A DNA stretch of 63,176 nucleotides, filler included, from Octopus bimaculoides (lineage: Eukaryota), in assembly GCF_001194135.2 (NCBI RefSeq). It is 3 parts of 3 records of this genome, joined end to end, with 100 filler letters (N's around TTAATTAATTAA, not from the genome) between each part and the next. Parts side by side here need not be neighbours in the genome. Positions count along the whole stretch, not along the records: positions 22,847 to 43,950 come from NC_068986.1; positions 44,051 to 63,176 come from NC_068991.1; 1 more part is not named here. The stretch is one strand, 5' to 3'. This document shows, piece after piece, positions 39,121-50,417 of the stretch. A program made the position numbers and the translations under genes. The notes below the pieces were generated by a model, which worked only from the letters and a program-made list of their open reading frames with translations, did no database searches and had not been told where the DNA came from. Position 1 is the stretch's first letter; the number at the start of each line of letters is the position of its first letter.

Positions 39121-39159
39121 CAGGCTGATGACGAGCAATGACTCAGAAACATGTCCCTG
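39121..39159 (+). ncRNA. Minimal type I hammerhead ribozyme with canonical core (inverted twin of 38966-39008)
   Basis: CAGG-CUGAUGA-C GAG(CAAUGA)CUC A-GAA-ACAUGU-C-CCUG; predicted cleavage after C39155. Confidence 0.72.
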
Positions 39160-40058
39160 AATGCAGACTAGACTGGGTGGGGAGGCTTGTCTCCCCTTCA
39201 CAAATATAAGGACACAGGAAATGTGTCAAGGTCAACAGGAAGCGGTCCAGCTTCCGAGGGCTAAATAGCAGCAGTATGATTCCCTTAACGGGTCTGTCAC
39301 ATTAAGTTGCCAGTAAACAACTGCTTTATCGTAACACTGCTGCTTATGTCTCTCTGTGAGATTTATAATTAGATCATTTCTAACATTTATATAAACATTT
39401 ATATATAAAAAAATAAATATAAGGAAATAACTATAAAACATTTAACAATTGTTAAAGATTTATATGAAACCTCGAAAGTTATGTAATAATGTAATGGACA
39501 TGTACATTGGTTATAATGAAACACCTCAATGGCGATTGCAATGATATCTCAGCAGGCGCTGCTCTGATACAACCAGTTGTGGTTGTAATAATGTGTCTAA
39601 GCCATGGCAGTAATGACACAGATCAGTGGTTCTAATGGCAAAGCTCAGCTCAACGTTGGCTATATTGAAACAACCAAGTGATGGTTGCAATAACACAGTT
39701 CAACAGTGGTTATAATGAAACAGTTCAGTGGCGTTCTTAATGATTTTTTTGTGGTATTTATTCTGAAATTTCATGTTCTCAGTTCATATCCCACCGAGGT
39801 CAACTTTACCTTTCATCCGTCAATGAAGTACTGGAGTGAGTTTAATTGACTAAATCTCTCCGCCAAATTTCCCAACCTTGTGCCTATCTAAAAACAATTA
39901 TTGTTATTGACCGTTGTTCTGGCGTATTCTTCAAGGTTCTGAACAAATTTAAGCTGCTTGGAAGAGTAATTTTTTTTAATTATTTTCATACGGTGAATAT
40001 TTGAATATTTGGAACTCAGCCCATGCAGTGTCCAGACGAAAATGAAGCGTCTGTTCTT

Positions 40059-40101
<43 letters not shown>

Positions 40102-40405
40102 TTCTTTTTACAGAGACATAAAAATGGTGAACTAACGAGGAAATTCTGTAACAAAATATATGCAGTTTGGAAATATTCTTTTCTACTCTAGGCACAAGGG
40201 GGAGGGGACCAGTCGACTAGATCAACCCCAGTACGCAACTGGTACTCAATGTCTGCAGAGAATAGTGGTGTTGAAATTGGTGTTAGCAAGATGTTTCACA
40301 AAAACAACTACCACAAAACCAATAGACACACACAACAAGCGCACATGCGCATACACACAAAAGACACGCACGACAATACACGCGGTGCACACTCGCACGC
40401 ACGCG

Positions 40406-40443
<38 letters not shown>

Positions 40444-40496
40444 AACAAGCTTTGCTTAAATGCAGTAACATTTTCAATAACAATATAAGTAAAGGA

Positions 40497-40915
40497 CTAA
40501 GGCAGCGAGCTGGCAGAAACGTTAGCACGCCGGGCGAAATGCTTAGCAGTATTTCGTCTGCCGTTACGTTCTGAGTTCAAATTCCGCCGAGGTCGACTTT
40601 GCCTTTCATCCTTTCGGGGTCGATAAATTAAGTACCATTTACGCACTGGGGTCGATGTAATCGACTTAATCCCTTGTTTGTCCCCGCTGTGTGTAGCCCC
40701 TTGTGGTCAATAAAGAAATAAGAAACGTTAGCACGCCGGGCTAATGCTTGACGGTATTTCGTCTGTCTTTACTGTCTAAGTTCAAATTCCGCCGAAGTCG
40801 ACTTTGCCTTTCATCCTTTAGGGATCGATAAATTAAGTACCAGCTGCGTACTAGGGTCGATCTAATCGATTGCCCCCCCCCCCAAATTTCGGGCCTTGTG
40901 CCTAAAGTAGAAAAT
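40497..40915 (+). mobile_element. Two head-to-tail SINE family B copies
   Basis: Copy 1 at 40497-40720; copy 2 restarts at gaaacgttagcacgccggg (about 40722). Both carry gtcgactttgcctttcatccttt..ggg.tcgataaattaagtacc. Confidence 0.8.
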
Positions 40916-41568
40916 AATATAAATGAAGGACTATTCACGTTATTTGCATATGTAATTTACAACAAACGAAGGACTGTAGAAGTTGAAAGGGAAAAAAATA
41001 CTAGAACAGCAGATCCTGGTAGTTGATGTTTCTAAGATACCACAAGCACAGCTCCGGAAACGTCGAAAGTTTTCACCTCGTCTTAGGGTCCAAGAACCAT
41101 TATGGAAGTCGAGCGTCCCCTTCTTTTAGACACAACTAACAGCTCTACCCTGTCCCATCGTCTTGTGGCTATGAGAAGGAGAACGAAAACGAGAAGCGGT
41201 GGCAGATTAGTGAAGATACTTGGTGAGGTAAGAAACGGAAAATAAATCCCACGAAGAAAAAAGTCAAATTGAGTAAAATGTATGAGGGGAAAAGCATCTT
41301 ACCCTAGGATCCCAGGATACTTTGAAGTTCAGATTACTTCACATACACACAAATATTTTTTTAAACTTTAAAAAATACGAATAACTGATAGAGTTACCGA
41401 GAGAACAAAAAGACGAGGAAAAAAGACTGAAGGAATGTCCTCTGATTTTGTAGAACACTCGAATGATAATAGAATTCTATATTTAAGAGATGAGGAATTA
41501 TGCACATTAATTACATTATTTACATTATTTATATTTGACGGATATTTGTCCACATCTTGTTTGTTGTT

Positions 41569-41614
41569 AACACAACGTTTCGGTTGATATACCCTCCAGC
41601 CTTCATCAGGTGTC
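41569..41614 (-). ncRNA. Minimal type I hammerhead ribozyme motif
   Basis: Minus strand GACAC-CUGAUGA-A-GGCUG(GAGGGUAUAU)CAACC-GAA-ACGU-U-GUGUU; intact core, one mismatch in helix II. Confidence 0.65.
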
Positions 41615-41716
41615 TTGGGGGAAATTTTGAACCTGGGTTCTCATATGGCGAAGTGGTTAAGAGCGTGGGCTACTAACCCCGAGCTTCCGAATTCGATTCC
41701 AGGCAGTGACCTTAAC

Positions 41717-41748
<32 letters not shown>

Positions 41749-41797
41749 CAACAAAAAATACCTTAGGAATGAGAACCCAGGTTCAAAATTTCCCCAA

Positions 41798-41827
41798 GAC
41801 ACCTGAAGAAGGCCGAAACGTTGTGTT
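41798..41827 (+). ncRNA. Hammerhead motif with helix II collapsed to GGCC
   Basis: GACAC-CUGAAGA-A-GGCC-GAA-ACGU-U-GUGUU. Relative to the sister copies the helix II loop region is deleted; the core is intact. Confidence 0.5.
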
Positions 41828-42172
41828 AACAACAAACAAGATGAGGACAAATATCCGTCAAATATAAATAATGTAAATAATGTAGATAATGTACTCGAAT
41901 GATAGTAATAAAAAAAAATACATTAATTGTCTAAGAGCTAATGTGTAATTGAAAAGGGGCCGTAGGTGATTTCTTGTCCAGTCCGGTATCAAAGGCACTT
42001 AGGAGCAGTGTCAAGAATAAAAGCTTCAAGATGTGGTAGACGAGTATCTATGTCTCGCTAAGCACACAGAAAGTTTTCTCATCTCACCCAAGGAAGAATT
42101 AAAAACACACCTGACAAATACTTTGTGAAATATCTTTCATCATACACAAGGAGAAAGACAGAGAGAGAGAGG

Positions 42173-42233
<61 letters not shown>

Positions 42234-42382
42234 TGACCTAGCCAATCCAACGACTTGTATGTTCATGGCTTATATGCTCTTAGGTATGCACTTTCAGGAC
42301 ATACCTGCTCATGATTTTGCAAGTCATGAGAATATAAGTCGCTGGACTGGCAAGGTGAATCGCCTTCACCCCAGGCGGGTAC

Positions 42383-42429
42383 GTAATGTTGAAGAGTCAC
42401 AAAAATGGCGAAACATCGATGTCCATCAC
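42383..42429 (+). ncRNA. Type I hammerhead ribozyme motif, C3->U variant
   Basis: GUAAUG-UUGAAGA-GUCA(CAAAAA)UGGC-GAA-ACAUCGAUGU-C-CAUCAC: helix I 5 of 6 pairs, 4-bp helix II, perfect 10-nt palindrome as helix III, GUC triplet. Confidence 0.62.
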
Positions 42430-43301
42430 TCCCAAATGGATTGAGGGTGAGTTATTTCGCCTGTCCATGACTCTAAGGTGTTTTAACACTGGCAACACGA
42501 GAGTTATATACTCCGTTACGCCATTGCAGCCACAGGAAAATACACAAAGCATATACATTAGTATATGTATCTAATTATATATATATAAAGTAAGTTTTAT
42601 CTTAATAATTACAATTCGCACTCTACTACTATTACTATCACTTCCATGTCAATCTCTCTCCATCTCTTGTTCTTCATCCTTTCTGTTTTTCTCTCCCACC
42701 CTTTCCCTATTCTTCTCTCCCTTTCACCATTCCCTTTCTCTCTCTCACTCTTCCTCCTTGACCCTCTCGTCGCTGACACGAGACGAAAGGGATTCTTTCT
42801 TTCTATCCGCTGCCTTCCTATAGAGAAGACGTGTTTTTTCTGTCTTTTCACGTCTAACTAGCGTTCATAATAATTTTTCTATCGTCTTGGCTTAACAGCC
42901 CTTACCGTTTGTGCTTACTGTCTTATTCTCACTGTCCTGTTCTTGTTAACACTTTCACTCTCCGCAAAAAATTCCAAATTTTATTTAATTTGCTTTGCGG
43001 GAAGGACTGTTCCAACGAAGTTGCGTATTGTCCTTGCCTTCGAAACGCGGAGTAGATAGAACAGGGACGACTGACGAAGAGTTATACACTTTATGTTGGA
43101 TGTCTCGTTTCTCTGTTTTTATCGTTGTTCGAAAACAGTTCGTTTTCTGTTTTCGTTTTTATGTTTTCGTTTCTCATTGTGTTTAACGTTTTTTTTTTAT
43201 GTCCTATACCCATATATGCATGTATGTATACATATAGATGTAGGTATGTACATATATGTATGGATATATGCATATATTTATATATTACCTATATTATATA
43301 T

Positions 43302-43378
<77 letters not shown>

Positions 43379-43392
43379 TATATAGTATACAA

Positions 43393-43423
<31 letters not shown>

Positions 43424-43510
43424 TGCCGCACACACATTTACGTGTGTATGTGTTTGTGTGTGTGTGTATTTGTATATTGACATAGTAAGATAGAGAGTGA
43501 TTTTTATTGC

Positions 43511-43541
<31 letters not shown>

Positions 43542-43905
43542 GTGTGTGTGCGCGCGCGCCTGTGTGTGGTGTGTGTATGTGTGTGAATATAGGTTATTTT
43601 TGTGGAAAAAAAACAGTGATAAGTATTAGCTCTCCTTATGATTTAAGCCACTCATTTTGTCTAACATCAGAACTAGATGTCGAAACTGTCGGCTGTAAAT
43701 GGAAGAATGGGCTTCAGAATTTTACTGGATGTGAGATAGTTTCGATTTCTTCACGAAGGCTGAAGTCGACTGAAGCCAACGATTATAACGGCACACCACT
43801 GTTCGATTAACACCTCGCTTTTTTCTTCTTTTTTTTTCAGAATTGATCGATAACTCTTATCACCATACCGTGTGATTTCCTTTGTTAACAACAGATTCTT
43901 TCACG

Positions 43906-43936
<31 letters not shown>

Positions 43937-44050
43937 TATATATATATATANNNNNNNNNNNNNNNNNNNNNNNNNNNNNNNNNNNNNNNNNNNNTTAATT
44001 AATTAANNNNNNNNNNNNNNNNNNNNNNNNNNNNNNNNNNNNNNNNNNNN

Positions 44051-44101
<51 letters not shown>

Positions 44102-46837
44102 ATGTACATATACATGTACACACACATATATATATAAGTAATTTAGGAAAACGAAGAATAACACAACAATAAAAAGCAACGCGAGGACATGGTACGAGCA
44201 AAGTATCAAGAAACGCTCAGGGAAGGAAAAGAAAGTTCTTTTTTTAAAGCATTTATGTCAATTATATATTATAATACTTCAAGCAAATTGCAATGCTCTT
44301 TAATACTGACTACCAAAATTTACACAGAATCATACAATTCTCGGGAAGAGATACCGTCTATTGAATTTTAATTCTAATTCACGATCATATACCTGACATT
44401 TATTATATCACTCACAAGATTAATCCAGGAAGGATGTGAACAGAGAAAGATGAGACGATTTAGATAAGATTCAATACCTCTACATAATATTCTGATTTCA
44501 GTGAGGGAAGAGTAGCAATATTTTATTTGGTTTGGTTTGAAGGAGAAGTATACGAGAGGAGTGGGGATATGTATTATAATCACAGTTTCTAGACAGAGAG
44601 TTTTCAGAGTTATTATCTTCTAATAATTCACATGTTTATGTTTTATATAAAAAGAAAGTAATTTCAACTTCCTAGTAAATAGTTTGCAATGTATTCGATT
44701 AATATCTAGGCAGCACTTCGATCAACTGAATATTTGCAATGATAATACATATTTCATGTCCGTTTCCTCTTAGTCTAATTACGTCTTTCACGATGCCTTT
44801 AGGCCACTAGAATTCTTAAATTTATTATAGTCTTCTACAAAACTTGGAAATGGTAAAAAAAAAATCCTACTTTGCAGAATATAAGCTAATAGCTGGTAGA
44901 GAATTAAAAGGAAGTGTGTCATTTCTATCCCATGTATCAATTTAATTTAATGTTCAAGCAATATGATACTCTCTGTCAAACAATGATCTTAACAATGAAT
45001 ATTTCTAAACACTATCACCAAAAGTCAATTGACTTGAAATATTTGATTAAATCAATAAAACAATGACAAGAAGAATTACACCATTGCTTCATATTCATTT
45101 TCTTGTAATAAAAGTATGTGGGATTAAATTGGTGACATGCAAGACTCACCAAAGTGTTAGTTGCTTATATTCTGCCATTGGTTCAGTGCTTCTTCCATGG
45201 CAGAATCTCTTTAACTGTCAACATCCTAATATGACTATGAGTAAATATCAATAAACATATAAATATATATAATTGTGAACACTTCATCTTTGCAGGTTGT
45301 TGTTTGGACGCAAATCAGACTCAACTATTAGATCTACGTTCGAAAGCTTACCAAGCCTACCTTTTCTTCGATATAGTGTATGATAGACGCGTGCGATTTG
45401 AGGGAAATATATCTTTTATTATTTACTGGAATGTCGAGGGATCAAGAACAGGTGGGTTAATTGATCATCTTTGAAAGAACATCGTAGTATGCATGAACAT
45501 TGTAATAGTTATTCAGATTGTGAAAACTAGATAGAACAAACAGCCATCAGAGCAATTATACGCTACACCAGCGTTTGTAGATTCTCTGTTTGTTTATACC
45601 AGTGGCGAAATATTTCATCTTAGCATACAGTTCAGTGTGAGTGCATGCAACTGATAAAGCGCACGGAGGTAGAAACGTGCTTCTAGTATTCTTTCTAACT
45701 GCCAATGAGACAATTTTCTTCTGGCTCCAATATATAGAAGGCTTTTCAACAAAGTATGGAAGGAGACGAATTCTTCAATAAATTCGACTTTTCACAATGT
45801 ATTTATATTATAAAACAGACATGGTTAAATATACATACATATAAATATATATGTGTTTTGTGTGCGTGTATACATAGATGCATACGCACACATACGTATA
45901 TATGTACGCATGCATCTATGTATGTGTGTGTGTGTGAGTGCGTGCATAAAGTGCATACGTGTGCGTGTATGTGCAGTGTGTGCATTTGCGTGTATATGTG
46001 TGTTACCTAGAGAAACAATGCTTTATAAAATTTGGTAAGTATAAATATTGAATAACCCATACACGCCCGCATGCTGAAATATTTATTCTACACACGTATC
46101 TATATTCTAGTAGATGGATCATACATTTCTGCGTTACCATATGAATCCTCACACCAGATGAAGTAATAATTTTGTCTTGGCTTGAAATGTGTGATTTCTA
46201 AATATACTGTAGCTGAAATTGTCATACGTTCCTTCCTTTAGAATTCATCATAAATAAATACCAGTAATAAGCGGCTGTCGATATAATACATAAAAACCTT
46301 CCCTTACGAATGTGTCTAAATGCATCAATTTCAGTCAGGAAATGTCTTAGCACGGGTATTTTGTAAATTTTATAAAAATTGATTTCTTCTCTCTTGAGGT
46401 TTATATCCAGTCTTTCGGAATATTATTGGAAAATAGATGTACTATTAAAACAAATACAAGTATTCTTAAACTAAACATATTTTGATCAATCTTTTATCTC
46501 TCACGCACTTACAACTCTTTCAATTCGCAGTTTTCATTTCAACCTATTAACTACATACTCGTGTCATAACAAAGAGGATGGAATGAAATAATAGGGAAGA
46601 AAAAGGAGAGGACAAAGGGAGACCAATAACCAATATATTGTTAAGTAGCAGAAAAGTACACACCATTGTATTTTGAAATGGGTGAGAGCAAATAAATTGC
46701 AGAATGCTTTCGAAAGCTTAAAAGGTATAATTTCCATTATGAAAGTGAGGGCGCAAGGTGAGATGATGGCAACACAGTTTACCAATTGATGCTGTGGAAA
46801 ATTCAGAAATTCATTTACGCACACACACAGACACAAA

Positions 46838-46913
<76 letters not shown>

Positions 46914-47326
46914 NNNNNNNNNNNNNNNNNNNNNNNNNNNNNNNNNNNNNNNNNNNNNNNNNNNNNNNNNNNNNNNNNNNNNNNNNNNNNNNNNNNNNNN
47001 NNNNNNNNNNNNNNNNNNNNNNNNNNNNNNNNNNNNNNNNNNNNNNNNNNNNNNNNNNNNNNNNNNNNNNNNNNNNNNNNNNNNNNNNNNNNNNNNNNNN
47101 NNNNNNNNNNNNNNNNNNNNNNNNNNNNNNNNNNNNNNNNNNNNNNNNNNNNNNNNNNNNNNNNNNNNNNNNNNNNNNNNNNNNNNNNNNNNNNNNNNNN
47201 NNNNNNNNNNNNNNNNNNNNNNNNNNNNNNNNNNNNNNNNNNNNNNNNNNNNNNNNNNATATACATATATATTTACATACATACATACAGACAGACAGGC
47301 AGACAGACAGACAGGCAGACAGACAG

Positions 47327-47357
<31 letters not shown>

Positions 47358-47358
47358 G

Positions 47359-48290
47359 CAGGTTGGTGCAAAAGTAATGTGCGATTTAAAGATCTAAAGT
47401 AAAAATGAATAAGCCAATGATTATGGAAATATTCATTAACATATTCTCCATTACTTTCAGTGACCTCATTCCATCTTTCAGCAGCCTTATAAATGCCTCG
47501 CTTGTAAAATTCTGTAGGTTTAGAATGAAATATTAATCCAACTCATTTTCAATCTCTTCTCTTGTTGTTAACCTCAGTCCATCAAAATGGTTCTGTAGTC
47601 CTTGGAACAAATGGTAACCAGATGGAACAAGGTCAGGAGAATATGGAGGGTGAGGCAGTATTTCCCAACCAAGTTCTTCCAAGAGAGTTTTGGTCTGTCG
47701 AGTTATGTGAGGACGAGCATTATCGTGATGGAAGATGACACCATTTCTGTTAACCAAGGATGCTCGCTTTTGGCTCAGAACTGTTCTAAAACGACGAAGT
47801 TGCTCATAGTAAAGATTATCATTAATTGTTTGGTTGTTGTCCAACAGTTCATAATGGATTACTCTTTTAATATCTCACCATACACTCAACATAAACTTCT
47901 TTGGATGAAGTCCTGCTCTCGGTTGTAGAACTGGCCATTCTCCTCGACTGATCCACGAACGGCAGCGTTTAACATTATGGTGATGAATCCACATCTCATC
48001 ATCTGTAACAAGCCCGTCTAAAAATGTTGCTTGAAAGTGTCTTGAATGCAACGATTGAAAACAAGCAGCACGCTGTTGTCGATTCTCTGACAGCCCGTGA
48101 GGTACCCCTTTTCCAGCCACTGAAACCTTCCCAATATGTTTTAGATGGCGTACCACGGTTGCATGGGCCACGTTTAACTGTTCTGCAAATACCCCAGTGG
48201 TTGCGGTAGGGTTCTCTGAAACAAGAGCTTCCAACATTTCGGAATCAAATTTTCTTTTCATACATACATACATATATACATACATANNNN
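47359..48290 (-). mobile_element. Mariner (DD34D) DNA transposon, inactive; 3' TIR present
   Basis: TIR caggttggtgcaaaagtaat at about 47359 (Hsmar1-like). Motifs GKGVPHGL, LVTDDEMWI, HPKKFMLSVW*, HHDNARPH and PPYSPDLVPSGYHLF. In-frame TGA at 47875-47877, third catalytic D replaced by G, and a C-terminal frameshift. Confidence 0.93.
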
Positions 48291-49042
48291 NNNNNNNNNN
48301 NNNNNNNNNNNNNNNNNNNNNNNNNNNNNNNNNNNNNNNNNNNNNNNNNNNNNNNNNNNNNNNNNNNNNNNNNNNNNNNNNNNNNNNNNNNNNNNNNNNN
48401 NNNNNNNNNNNNNNNNNNNNNNNNNNNNNNNNNNNNNNNNNNNNNNNNNNNNNNNNNNNNNNNNNNNNNNNNNNNNNNNNNNNNNNNNNNNNNNNNNNNN
48501 NNNNNNNNNNNNNNNNNNNNNNNNNNNNNNNNNNNNNNNNNNNNNNNNNNNNNNNNNNNNNNNNNNNNNNNNNNNNNNNNNNNNNNNNNNNNNNNNNNNN
48601 NNNNNNNNNNNNNNNNNNNNNNNNNNNNNNNNNNNNNNNNNNNNNNNNNNNNNNNNNNNNNNNNNNNNNNNNNNNNNNNNNNNNNNNNNNNNNNNNNNNN
48701 NNNNNNNNNNNNNNNNNNNNNNNNNNNNNNNNNNNNNNNNNNNNNNNNNNNNNNNNNNNNNNNNNNNNNNNNNNNNNNNNNNNNNNNNNNNNNNNNNNNN
48801 NNNNNNNNNNNNNNNNNNNNNNNNNNNNNNNNNNNNNNNNNNNNNNNNNNNNNNNNNNNNNNNNNNNNNNNNNNNNNNNNNNNNNNNNNNNNNNNNNNNN
48901 NNNNNNNNNNNNNNNNNNNNNNNNNNNNNNNNNNNNNNNNNNNNNNNNNNNNNNNNNNNNNNNNNNNNNNNNNNNNNNNNNNNNNNNNNNNNNNNNNNNN
49001 NNNNNNNNNNNNNNNNNNNNNNNNNNNNNNNNNNNNNNNNNN

Positions 49043-49094
<52 letters not shown>

Positions 49095-49555
49095 TGTGTG
49101 TGTGTATACATAAATATCATGTATATTTAAATACAGGAATACACACACACATGATTGGATGATTATATTGGTATTAGTTCCAGTTATTTACTTCCATTCA
49201 AGTGGACCACCTCCAGAAATCTGGTTGGTATATCCGAACATTTATTTCTGGAATATATTGTGTCTGTATATTTTTATTGATTGGCTTAATTGACAAATTG
49301 ATACCACAACGACTTTTGTTTTAGCAACCGGTGAAGTATGAAGCCCAAAAACCAAAAAAAACACTCTGTCAAACACTATCTGCATACTTGTATACCCGCA
49401 AGAACACGCACACATACACACACACACACACACACACGTACACTCCCACAAGCAAACATGTACTCACATACAAGCGTATGTTTACATACATACATACGCA
49501 AACGTGTGTGTGTATTTTAAGCCTGTTATTCTTTCTGTCTGTCTCTCTCTTTCTT

Positions 49556-49604
<49 letters not shown>

Positions 49605-50222
49605 NNNNNNNNNNNNNNNNNNNNNNNNNNNNNNNNNNNNNNNNNNNNNNNNNNNNNNNNNNNNNNNNNNNNNNNNNNNNNNNNNNNNNNNNNNNNNNNN
49701 NNNNNNNNNNNNNNNNNNNNNNNNNNNNNNNNNNNNNNNNNNNNNNNNNNNNNNNNNNNNNNNNNNNNNNNNNNNNNNNNNNNNNNNNNNNNNNNNNNNN
49801 NNNNNNNNNNNNNATATATATATATATATATATATATACGATGAATTGAGAAGCGGTATCGAGTGACAATTTTGTAAATAATAATGTTTTATAAGCTGAA
49901 AATTCATCAGTGTGTACTGACTAAAGGAAATAGTCTAATATTGGGGTATATAAGCCCGTGAAGTGAAAAAGTGGTTTTCGTGAAGCAAGGGAATCAAACG
50001 CGGCCCTCCATATACTCGGGATGAGTTTTACTACTATCACATCAACACACACATTTACTTCTTTACTATTAGATTTACGAACTATAATTTTACAGTGTTG
50101 ATTTTCAAACAAACAAGCATTTGCCTTTTCTACAATGAATTGAGAAGCGGTGACAATTGACATTTCGGTAAATGATAATAATATTGCATAAGCTTCAAGT
50201 TTTTAAATATTATTGTAGATAG

Positions 50223-50315
<93 letters not shown>

Positions 50316-50380
50316 CAGACATACAGACAGAATGACAGACAGACAGAATGACAGACAGACAGAATGACAGACAGACACAC

Positions 50381-50417
<37 letters not shown>

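Larger units (their letters stand above)
38964..39383. repeat. Two interlocked inverted repeats (43 bp and 30 bp)
   Basis: 38964-39006 pairs with 39121-39163; 39094-39123 pairs with 39354-39383. Confidence 0.88.
41469..41892 (+). mobile_element. Composite tRNA-headed, hammerhead-containing non-autonomous retroelement with inverted 5' copy of its 3' end
   Basis: Flanked by direct repeat ACTCGAATGATA (41457-41468, 41893-41904). Inverted 3' module 41476-41644; tRNA-like head about 41641-41711 (A box TGGCGAAGTGG, B box ATTCGATTCC); (AAT)n/(AAC)n; hammerhead plus tail 41756-41892. Confidence 0.75.

Noticed and set aside
41641-41711. Functional tRNA-Ser gene
   Set aside because: B box is mutated, acceptor stem incomplete, ACT anticodon atypical, and it is fused to (AAT)n and a repeat tail; treated as a SINE head.
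43841-43908. Strong acceptor (ttttttttcag) with GTATGT downstream
   Set aside because: All three frames are closed and the donor is part of an (ATGT)n microsatellite; at most a non-coding exon.
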